From NCBI RefSeq assembly GCF_902652985.1, contig NC_047021.1, positions 24,986,001 to 25,050,000 on the forward strand: DNA of 64,000 nucleotides. The letters run 5' to 3'. Shown here piece by piece: positions 40,348 to 51,464 of this stretch; the first letter of the stretch is position 1, and the number at the start of each line of letters is the position of its first letter. The notes below the pieces were generated by a model. The model had not been told where the DNA came from and searched no databases. It saw only the letters and a program-made list of their open reading frames with translations. This stretch comes from Pecten maximus (taxonomy: Eukaryota). A program made the translations under genes and the position numbers.

Positions 40348-42704
40348 GAAATAATAATCGTCTAATCATACGATTACATTGTATGATCTTTAATTATGGT
40401 TTTGTTATAATGTCTGTATTCTCTGTTGTTATCAACCAATTACATACAATTCAGAGCAACGTGACAAATATGCTTCCATACTTATACTTCATGACGTAAA
40501 CAGTTATTTTTTCAATTAATTTATAGAGGTTACACAAAGTGTTGTTGTATATATTGTTTTCTTCACTGTCCTTAGTTAATTTTCCAACGTTACAAAAACA
40601 CGAGCTTTACCACGATAAAAGCAACTAATGAATTGACATGTTTTGTGTTAACGTGTGTTCCTTTCAGAATATCAATCGGGTTGTAAGTATATGACCTAAA
40701 GTGAAACGTTGCTAATCAATATGCAAAACTGACAAACAATATCGGAGATGTGTGAAAATATTGAAATATCCTGAATCATAACAAATAATGAGCAAGTTTA
40801 TTGTTTTCAAAGCAAAATTTAGAAATCTATGTAAAAATTAATAATCATAAAAACAATTGGGAACAACTTTTGGTGCTTTATCATTTCCACGATACACCAA
40901 TCAGATCGCATTGAGTCATATGTGGAAATATAGTCCAGGTAAAAGGCCAACGTGACAACCAATTAAAACGTACTTAGAGTTCATTCCACGGGTGGAATTA
41001 GAGTTACTAATTAACTCTAACTAACTCGAGTTAGTTAATTTTCTAATTTTGAAAAGACACTAGCTTTAGCTCAAACTTGGCTAAATTAGCTAACGAGAAT
41101 TTGATAAAAATGATAAACAATCGTCACGAGTTGGGGAACTTGTTTATCCCATAACTTCTTTACTTGTAAGCTTGTCAAGTTCAAATTCTCCCAACGTAGC
41201 ATTTCAATTCCGTGAACCAAATAACTACGCGACAAAATAGTTCGTTATGAACGAAAGCTTATCATTTATTTTAGATGCACGACCAATATCTTCTGTACTA
41301 TATTTGTAAATGATATAATTTTACTGAACGAAATATTTGCTTGACAATCCTTGTGTCTCTGTAATTTATTAATAGGTAACTTGTCGAAATGACTCCGCTC
41401 AAACATATCAAAAGACGATACCGTCATCGCGAAGTCGAAGGTCATCGCTGAATATTTGACTAATCATTGTCGGATTCAATTATTGGTCGTTTCCTGGGTT
41501 TCGTAGGTATGCTATTACTGGTTATTGCGATGTTAAATGTTCATGCTGAGATTAATTCATTCAAGATGCCGTGCATTTCAACAAATATTTCCGAAACCGA
41601 GCTGGAGTGCTGAGCAATATGTATTTCACGTTTGTCAGTGTGTTTTACACGAAATCTCATCAGTTTACTGACACGAGACAAATGTTCCAAAATGATTTTT
41701 ATATTTTTGTTTTTGGGCTATATATATTCGTAATAAAGGTAAGTGGAATGATAAGAAAGTGTTTATTCGTTGGTTTAATTTTCTGATGATACAATATCTG
41801 TACCGAATGACACCGAACTATAAAGTACTTTATAGCCCTACTACTGTACCAGGAAAAAGGAAGCTCTAATGCTTAGGCCAACGTTAGATGCCGCGACCGT
41901 TTTATTCAAATGACTACGATTAGGGACAGCGATTTAACTATTTTGTATTACATTTGTTCATTGTTTTGATAATTCATTCATGGCTATCCGGGTCCACTGC
42001 ATATCGAGAATCAAGGGGGATGGGGTCGTTAGCTTTGGTTCGCTAGGCGTATAATCGAATCAAAATCTCGCTTTCGTGCGTCGTCTGATTTACCATCATC
42101 AAATTATATTTCGTTCGACTCGAACCCCAGATTAATCGTCATTTCCATGAATACACCCATCTTACCCAGTTATGCTAATGTTGACTACCGGCCATTCCAC
42201 AATACGTGTCCATGTCGATCCAGACGACAAAAAAAGAATAAGTGAGGGTTAGGGTTGTAAAAATAGTCCATCGTCAAAGGCCAGAGGTTAGCCAATCAGA
42301 TTTTTGGGGTCAAAAATGACAAATCGGAGGCTTAGAAAGTGGTTATACACCGCGGTGTGTAAACAAAAACAATAACACACTTATACGAATTTTATCACTT
42401 GCCATATCAGTTGTGAAATTGTTAATTGAGTCTTTTTATTGTAATTCAGTATTAACTTAGCATAGAATGTGCTTACAGTCTTGTTTGCTGACACTTTCTG
42501 TTTATATTCAAACGTCCTTGCATCCTTTTGTACCAATCAATTGAGGAACACGATCCGAGCTCCACGAAAATATAATGATATATAAGAATATATGAATGTT
42601 TTCATATATAATCTAACAGAGTTGTAATAAATGAATCAATGTCTGCTTTATACTTATCAACCTTTGTGCATCATTAAACCTTTAATATCTGCTTTGCTGT
42701 TATA

Positions 42705-43505
42705 ATACACTCAAACATCGATGATAGCACTAGACCGAGTCGACTTCAACTGTATAATACTCTAAAGCTGACGACAGCACTAGACCGAGTCGACTTCCTC
42801 TGTATAATACTCCAAAGCCGACGATAGCACTAGACCGAGTCGACTTCATCTGTATAATACTCCAAAGCCGACGATAGCACTACACCGAGTCGACTTCATC
42901 TGTATAATACTGTAACGCTGACGATAGCACTAGACCGAGTCGACTTCATCTGTATAATACCCCAAAGCCGACGATAGCACTAGACCGAGTCGACTTCCTC
43001 TGTATAATACTCCAAAGCTGACGATAGCACTAGACCGAGTCGACTTCATCTGTATAATACTGTAAAGCTGGCGATAGCACTACACCGAGTCGACTTCATC
43101 TGTATAATACTGTAAAGCTGACGATAGCACTACACCGAGTCGACTTCATCTGTATAATACTGTAAAGCTGACGATAGCACTAGACCGAGTCGACTTCATC
43201 TGTATAATACTCCGAAGCCGACGATAGCACTAGACCGAGTCGAATTCATCTGTATAATACTCTAAAGCCGACGATAGCACTACACCCAGTCGACGTCCTC
43301 TGTATAATACTCCAAAGCCGACGATAGCACTAGACCGAGTCGACTTCCTCTGTATAATACTCCAAAGCCGATGATAGCACTAGACCGAGTCGACTTCCTC
43401 CGTATAATACTCCAAAGCCGACGATAGCACTAGACCGAGTCGACTTCATCTGTATAATACTCCAAAGCCGACGATAGCACTAGACCGAGTCGACTTCCTC
43501 TGTAT
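42705..43505. repeat. 50-bp tandem repeat, about 16 copies, overlapping the predicted stop codon and 3'UTR of SLC46 copy B
   Basis: Unit TAGACCGAGTCGACTTCATCTGTATAATACTCCAAAGCCGACGATAGCAC with an exact 50-bp period. Confidence 0.95.
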
Positions 43506-46063
43506 TAACCTCAACATTGTTAGTATCGTCAGGTGGATTACTGTTCATCAAATCGACGTTATCTACGCATGGAGTGTCACTTCTTCTGCAGTTCACTGAG
43601 GGTTCATTGTCTACTGTGGTATATAGATTAGACGTCTCCCACGACGAGGTCAAACACAAACAGATACTGAAACGTACCAACAAAGATATTACACGGGAAA
43701 TATGGAAACAAAACAATTCAAATACATGTTTAACTCAAAAGATATGAACACTTCGTTACACGTTACTTGGACTTTTTTATATTTAACATGAGAATTGAAA
43801 AAGGTTGTAGCTGTAGACATTAAATGTGTTTTAGCATGTAGCTGAAAACATCAAATGTGTAGCTAAAGAAACGACTATTGAGATAATTTAATTGCTTTTT
43901 GTCAGTTTATTACATGTGCATGTATTTTCTTATAAAACGTAGAATCATAATAAATCGACACGGGTGTGATATTTTATTGATCTTATCGTTTACAAACTGA
44001 TATTAACACAGGAAAAGATAACAGTTATGTTGGATATAAAATTGTCTTATTGCTTTATTCAGATGTATCTGACATATTCAATATGTGTAGATGTAATTTG
44101 TAATATTGTACATAGAAGATATACCTACATCAATAAGATCCCTGATAAGAGGTAGACTCCTGCCATGACAAGGAACGTCACACCTTTCATGGTGGTTTGT
44201 GTCTCGGCATAAACGTTGTTGTAAATTGTGCTTCCGCCCAAACTACACAACACTTCAAATATATAGATGTTGGCAAACAATGCGCCTGGAATAAAAGCGG
44301 AGATTGCAAAATATATATTACAAGGAGACATATATTCACTGTCCGCGCGAGTTAAAAAATAAGTACTATATAGTTTCTTTTCCTGGTTATTGTGCTACTG
44401 ACTATTATTAGCAAACTTTCAATTGCCATGAATACTCACTCCAATATAAATATACATCATTCTCGAAGCACAAACAAAACAAATCTATTAATTATAAAAT
44501 GTTTTCACTTTTTAGATAGTAGGACATCAATGACTGTATTTCATCTTACCTTGTTTGTCTGATAAAACTGTTTTCGAAAATATTCCCCTTATCAGCGGTA
44601 GCGGGACTATACACATGATTCCGAGCCCTGTAGCTGAAATAGTCATGAATGAGTTGTGTATACCTCACTATAATAACTAAATCTACATAATCGAACGCTG
44701 TACAAAATTAATTTGATGTTACGTATTGTTAAAAACTTAACGTTACTATTGATAAGTGTTAGGTTCGGTGGTGTGATCTCATTTCATGTTTTCAGTCAGT
44801 TGAGAGACTGGTTGGATCACATAAATTAATAGCATTAATGAAAAAAATGTTACTGTGTTGTAGGACAGACTTACCAAGATACAGCATCCAATCGTTGGAA
44901 GCAAACCCCATTATTAACATTGACGCGATACCAGAAACGCATCCAAGAATACATATTATCTCATCGGAAGTGCAAAAATGTAGAAGTTTTATGAGGATAA
45001 CTCCAACAACCATTTGAACGAAGTCTTTTGCGGCACGATAATATCCTATCTTCACAGATGACCAGCAAAATGGAAAATTCAAGGTGTATAGAATCTCTAT
45101 ATCAGATCTAGCACTTCCCATACTGTAGAGGATGATAAAAACAACTGCATTTGTTAGAAATATAGATAGTGGCATATTTCGTCGTTGTTCTTTATGTGTG
45201 TAAAAACCTGTTATTCTTTTGATAGCATCACAAATACTCCATGATGTTTTGTGTTTTGGTGAGTTGGCATGTTGTCCATTTGTACGGGTTTCTTTATATA
45301 GACATATGATAGATAATGATACTAATATAAATAACCCAGCTACCATCATATTGATATAGATATAGCCCGTAATCTTTATCATGTATCCAGCTGTGATTTG
45401 TGCCACCAAGCCACTGACACCTACCACAGCATCAAGCAATGCAATGCTGAACGTTCTTTGTTTGCTTCGAGCTGTGGTATCTGCGATAGCTGCAAAGGTT
45501 CCAAGATAGAACGAAAAGTAAGTCCCTCCTAAGCCACTAACCGCAAACGAAATATACAGGTAGTTGATGTGAAAGTCTTTATAAATGAAAAACGACGTAA
45601 TTCCGTATTTTAAGCATTCTGCTACCGTTCCGGCAATCATCAAAGGTTTTCGACCAATTCGATCTGAGTAAATTCCGAAAAATACCAGAACCGGAAGAGC
45701 TATTCCTTTTTCGGTCAAAGTGAAAAAAAGAGTCAAGCGAGCTGCGAGTCTTTGGTACTCGTCCTCAGCATCAGATGATGAATTTGTAGCACATTGTTGT
45801 GAGTTGTTACCAGTTGAGGTGGCATTGGTCTCTGGGATGAGGTCAGGCAAGACTGTGTTTAAGGATACCCATTTGTAGATGTATTGAGCTTTACTCACAC
45901 CTCCTATAGTCACAGCACATGCTATCAGAATAATGTTTATATTCCGTATGATGAAGTCATTGGTTGAGATGGTTATGTGAGTATCATGGTCTTTCTTGGA
46001 TACATTCTGAATGACTCCTCTTCTTTCATTCGGAAGAAGGGCACTTTTTTCATTGGTGTCCAT
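43480..46063 (-). CDS. SLC46-family MFS transporter, copy B (PCFT/SLC46A3-like), 538 aa, 4 coding exons
   Basis: Exons 46063-44875, 44633-44550 (84 nt), 44285-44129 (157 nt) and 43666-43480; same internal exon sizes and phases as copy A. Motifs GIYSDRIGRK, SGLGG, FAAIADTT, PFCWSSVKIGYY, DKQGALFA. The last exon assignment is less certain than exons 1-3. Confidence 0.9.
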
Positions 46064-46065
46064 CT

Positions 46066-46119
46066 CTAACGATACATTAGTAAATGTGAGTATAATAGGC
46101 GATTCATATCAGATGACAT
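46066..46119 (-). promoter_or_regulatory. Candidate uORF (17 aa) ending 2 nt before the SLC46 copy B start codon
   Basis: ATG..TAG reading MSSDMNRLLYSHLLMYR*, downstream of a plausible acceptor TATTCAG at 46135-46136. Confidence 0.4.
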
Positions 46120-46601
46120 CCTGTGACTCTTTATCTGAATAGATTATACATAATTAGAGCAGTACAGGGCAAATCTGTTTATTCGCTCTATGTACCTGTG
46201 CAGATGTACTATCGCATGTTTTTTCTCTTCAAATTGCGAGTGAAATAAATATTGGGAAACATATCTTCTCATTGACATCATAAATGCAGTTGTCTAACAA
46301 TTATTCGGGATTGTTTTTGTTTTTTGTTTTTTGTTGTTTTTTGTTTTTTGTTTTTTTGTTTTTGTTATTTTTTTTATTTATTTTTTATTTTTTTTTATTT
46401 ATTTTAGGCTGTACATGTACATACAGTATCATTTATAGAGAAATTAGTTCAGATTTAAATACTTTTATTTCAAGTATCACCCTTGTTCTAATCAGCATAA
46501 GCCAAAAATGTATATGTAACAACGAACTTCGAAATTATACAGTTTAAATTGAACAATACCCACTACCACTACCTCTACTACAACTCCCAACGAGAATGGT
46601 A

Positions 46602-47167
46602 CGAGGGCTAATTGATAAGTTGTAAGCCTAATATTGAAGGATTTGAATTTTCCGGACATATTCTATTATTTTCAACATAATCCCCTTCAGTATTTATACA
46701 CTTTTGCAAGCGGTATTTAAGGGCTTCAATGCCAATTTTATAGAACTCTTTTTTTTCTTGGCTGTTCAGAAATTCATCAACTGCATCTTAGGGTAAAGGT
46801 TAGGGATATGGTGCCTGAAATAGCTGTTTTCAGTTTTTGTTATATTGATGAAAGTCTGATGGAGCGAAATCCGGTGAATAAGGCTGAAACTCAGTCAATT
46901 TAAAGCAACAAACGCGAATGGCATTTATGGTAATGACAGACTATTTCACCCTAACCCTAACCCTAACCGATTTTGTCTATTTTGCAAAAGCTGTTGTTCC
47001 TGTTTACTTTAGAGTGTTACCTCATCGATATAAACTAATCAAATGAGACTAGTCCTTGGGTACACGGCCCTATAAAGTCAAGGACAAGTAGGACTTTAAA
47101 AGAACATAATTAAGTACCCCCTTCAATACGAGGCTCACAACATATTAATCACATCAATCATCTCTCG
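46602..47167 (-). mobile_element. Internally deleted mariner element with TA target-site duplication
   Basis: TA-flanked imperfect TIRs (TA CGAGGGC..GTTGTAAGCC..TATTGAAGG / CCTTCAATA..GGCTCACAAC..CTCG TA). Minus strand encodes a mariner transposase C-terminus: AVDEFLNSQ..EFYKIGIEALKYRLQKCINTEGDYVE. Confidence 0.85.
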
Positions 47168-47689
47168 TACCATGTTACATGTACTTGGCTGTATCGGTGG
47201 ATGAGAGGCCGTCTAAAAAATACAAAAAAGGTGCAAAGTATTATCACCGTTCAATATGAATTAAAACTTGTATTTTCCCCTATAATATCAGTTTAAGGGA
47301 GTTGTTCGAAACAGTTGTATTTTCATTGTTTGTATTTTACTCTACAGAACTTAGATAATTTCTATTGGAACCTTGATATAGTATCATAATTATTTTCCAA
47401 ATCCGCGTTCAAGAGCGAAGCCAACAACCAATCCCCCAACCCCAACAACCCAAACCCCTCCCCTCTCCGACCTGTTTACCTTATGATTATTGAAATGTTG
47501 GAAAATTTCGTGTGCGAGCAAGGTTTTCAAAAAAAAAAAAAAAAGATGACCATATCGAAAGCGATAAACAACATTGGAAGAAATTGAAAACATGTTAACA
47601 AGTGAATCACGTAAAACAGTGTGATAAGCACTGTCTGACCAGGGAGTAAATACTGTATTCTGACTGTGTGTTTTGAACAGTCGTTCGTG

Positions 47690-48670
47690 TTTGCCGTGGT
47701 ATACTCTGCTGCTGGACTTTATTTCCTGAGCTTTGCCGTGGTATACTCTGCTGGTTGACTTTATTTCCCGAGCTTTGCCGTGGTATACTCTGCTGGTTGA
47801 CTTTATTTCCCGAGCTTTGCAGTGGTATACTCTGCTGGTTGACTTTATTTCCTGAGCTTTGCCGTGGTATACTCTGCTGGTTAACTTTATTTCTCGAGGT
47901 TTGCCGTTATATACTCTGCTGGTTGACTTTATTTCCTGAGCTTTGCCGTGGTATACTCTGCTGGTTGACTTTATTTCCTGAGCTTTGCCGTGGTATACTC
48001 TGCTGGTTGACTTTATTTCCCGAGCTTTGCCGTGGTATACTCTGCTGGTTGACTTTATTTCCCGAGCTTTGCCGTGGTATACTCTGCTGGTTGACTTTAT
48101 TTCCTGAGCTTTGCCGTGGTATACTCTGCTGGTTGACTTTATTTCTCGAGGTTTGCCGTTATATACTCTGCTGGTTGACTTTATTTCCTGAGCTTTGCCG
48201 TGGTATACTCTGCTGGTGGACTTTATTTCTCGAGGTTTGCCGTGGTATACTCTGCTGGTGGACTTTATTTCCTGAGCTTTGCCGTGGTATACTCTGCTGG
48301 TTGACTTTATTTCCCGAGCTTTGCCGTGGTATACTCTGCTGGTTGACTTTATTTCCTGAGCTTTGACGTGGTATACTCTGTTGGTTAACTTTATTTCTCG
48401 AGGTTTGCCGTTATATACTCTGCTGGTTGACTTTATTTCTCGAGGTTTGACGTTGTATACTCTGTTGGTCGACTTTATTTCTCGAGGTTTGACGTGGTAT
48501 ACTCTGTTGGTGGACTTTATTTCCTGAGATTTGCCGTGGTATACTCTGATTGTGGACTTAATTTCCAGGGTTTGCCGAGGTACGCTCTGTTGGTGAACTT
48601 TATTTCTCGAGGTTTGACGTGGTATACTCTGATTGTGGACTTTATTTCTCGAGATTTGCCTGTATACTTT
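47690..48670. repeat. 42-bp tandem minisatellite, about 23 copies
   Basis: Unit TTTGCCGTGGTATACTCTGCTGGTTGACTTTATTTCCCGAGC; produces the LCRGILCWLTLFPE repeat ORF. Confidence 0.95.
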
Positions 48671-51464
48671 GCTGGTGGACGAAACAACTTAATGATGAAG
48701 TTTTACTCTTTTTTTTCATTTTTATTCCTGCTTTGCTTTCCTGGATCGACACGGCATTGATCTTCCCAACAAAATCAAATTCACGTCTCGCCGAAGAAAA
48801 TTGTCCTGTTGTAATATTACGTTGTGGTGGGGTATAAACGGTCCGGCGGCATGTATGACATAACACTGTACCATGTTTACAATTACAAATAAACACACCA
48901 TGTGATCATAACCACTAAAATACTAATACTCTTCTTAACGTTGTAATTGATGTAGCACTAATGTCAATTTAAACATTCTAATATCTCTAACGCAGGACAA
49001 ACATGGCAGTACATAAATGAAACTGGAAAATTTGATATGAAACCAAAAACCTCATCAGTGGATGGCCAGTGTGTTATGTATATGGACTGTGTGGCCTGTA
49101 TCTGTTGGGGGAACAAATTCAATATCACCAAATATTTATGTTTGACAGTATATTTATATCAATATTAATATTTATTGCTTTGTATTATTCACTGATAATA
49201 TAACAATCCAGTATTTAAAATCAAGTATTCTTAGTCAAAGGGTTACTCTCTTAAACAACATTGAATAAGTCTAACAACCTCAAGGAGTTACTTCCCCTTA
49301 AGTCAATTTGTCATATCAATGTGTACCTATACATTATATTTGTCTGTATTTCTTACCATCTGTTATTACTAAGGAGAAGACCTGATGTCCAATTACATTG
49401 ACTTTCTTTCTATGTCAATAGAATTTGTTGAAATTGAATTTGAATCGGTGGTTTATTGCCGTTTCCCTTCTATATTCTTCATTTCCTAAATATGAACTTT
49501 TATCTCAAAGATCAGTCTTTCTGGAAAGTGAGAAGAAAATACATCTGATTAATCTATTCCAATTTGGATATAAACTATTTGCAAATCAATTAGATAGACA
49601 TTGAAGATGTATATCAATTTCGTAAAATCTAAGGTTTTAATCCTGTTTTTATATTCCATTTCGGTCGTAATCACCTTAGGAGTCATAGTTATCATAATAA
49701 ACATATTTCAGACGTAAGTTTTACCTGTGTTACACACACTTATAGAACATTAAAGGTGTATAATAAAACAATGATGCTTAAAAACTACAACAACTCGCTC
49801 AAAGAAAACTGGATTTATTAAATCTTCAGAGGATACAATCACAAAGAGTACAATTAAAGATAATGACTCAAAAACCCATATAGTTCATTGTTTTAGACAT
49901 AAAGCGAAGGGGGAGACGTGGGAAATCATGTTTTAATTACTGAAAACTGACAAAGAGATAGGTTAAATGACACACGTTATCTAACGTTTTACTTTATATA
50001 CATACATAAATATGTAAATTACAAAAAAGAAGAATGACAGAAAATTGATAATTTAATAAACTTATCTTCATAATAATCTGGTTCCTTTTTTTCGATTTTG
50101 CATATCTAAAGTCATTCTTCGTCCGATACAGACGATCCAACCGTTATATTATATGTATATGTAATGATTGATATAATTGTTTTACACTATATAAAAATAT
50201 TTCAAAATTACAAAATATGACAAAAAATATTCTGCTACAGGATGATATAAGATAACAATGGCACATGAACTCTGAATGTACTTACCCATAATAACAACAC
50301 TATTCAATGCGATTTTACGTTATAGTTCCTGTCTAGTAAACAAATTAGTCCACCATCTCAGCAAAACGATTGTATAACAAAACCTTCCAGTGAAATACTC
50401 AATGTAACATGGATATACATTACTTTATAGAACAGAAACATTAACAAATCCAGTTTTACTACATGTAACTGTTCGTAACACATCACTTTAATACATATTT
50501 ACTTTAACTTCAAAATTAAAAAGGAACAAGAATTGAACGAAATTAGATGTCTCGCCTGTCACTGTCTATCACTATAGAAAGCACAATCCAAAACTCACTG
50601 AAATTTCAGTATTTTTTTCTAAAAACAACAAAAAAAGATATGAAAATAACCTCCACCTGACAGTTTCACAGCACCCTGTATACATTATAGACATGTGTAA
50701 TGTTGATGCATTGCGAAAACAAATATTAAATTTCACAAAATCTCAAACTTCTCAAACTTCACCTTAATATATATTTCTAACCTTGAAAAATAAGAAGATA
50801 ATACAGCTGATTCATTACAGAAATTATTCCAATTTGGCTATAAACTTATTTGTAAATCAATTTGAGAGGCAATAGATATTTTATATTAAATTCTCAAAAT
50901 GTTTAACCAAAACATACGGCAAAAAAAAAAAAAAAAAATGTATGTCATCTGTAGGGTGCGTTAAGAAGTTTTTGCTACAATGCAACTATATTCCATGTGG
51001 TTGAAATAGCATTGATGCTTTTTGAGAAACGGAGCTGAACACAAAAAGTTATAGTCCAGATTCCCCGCATCCTTAATTTCCAGAGCCCCCGGACCATTAA
51101 TTCCGGATGTAAATGAAGGCTGTGTTCATATTTCCACTATGTGATCTAACTATATAATAATTGTAAGTAAATTGCAACAATATGATACCCTACAGGAAAA
51201 TGAAATCCATGCATCATTATTTTAACGACATATTGGTTGCTTTTTAAGCACCTGTAGTGTAAAGGGACCATATCCAAATTGTGTAAATAGAGTCTACTTT
51301 AAAAAGGAAAACGTTCATAAAATCAGTTTTCGTCATACTTTTCGAACGTTAGCATTTCAAATACATTTTCGTGTACCTAATCAAATTTTGATTGACGCTT
51401 TTGAGAATTTTATAAACACTTCATACATTTTTCTCCTTCAACTTCATTTTTCACATACTTTTGT

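Noticed and set aside
42705-43505. CRISPR-like appearance of the 50-bp array (constant part plus variable 10 nt)
   Set aside because: The variable segments are point variants of one sequence (TCCAAAGCCG/TGTAAAGCTG), not unique spacers. The context is eukaryotic and no cas genes are present.
47755-48366. 203-aa hydrophobic repeat ORF (LCRGILCWLTLFPE)n
   Set aside because: Translation of a 42-bp minisatellite with a non-ATG start and no supporting gene structure.
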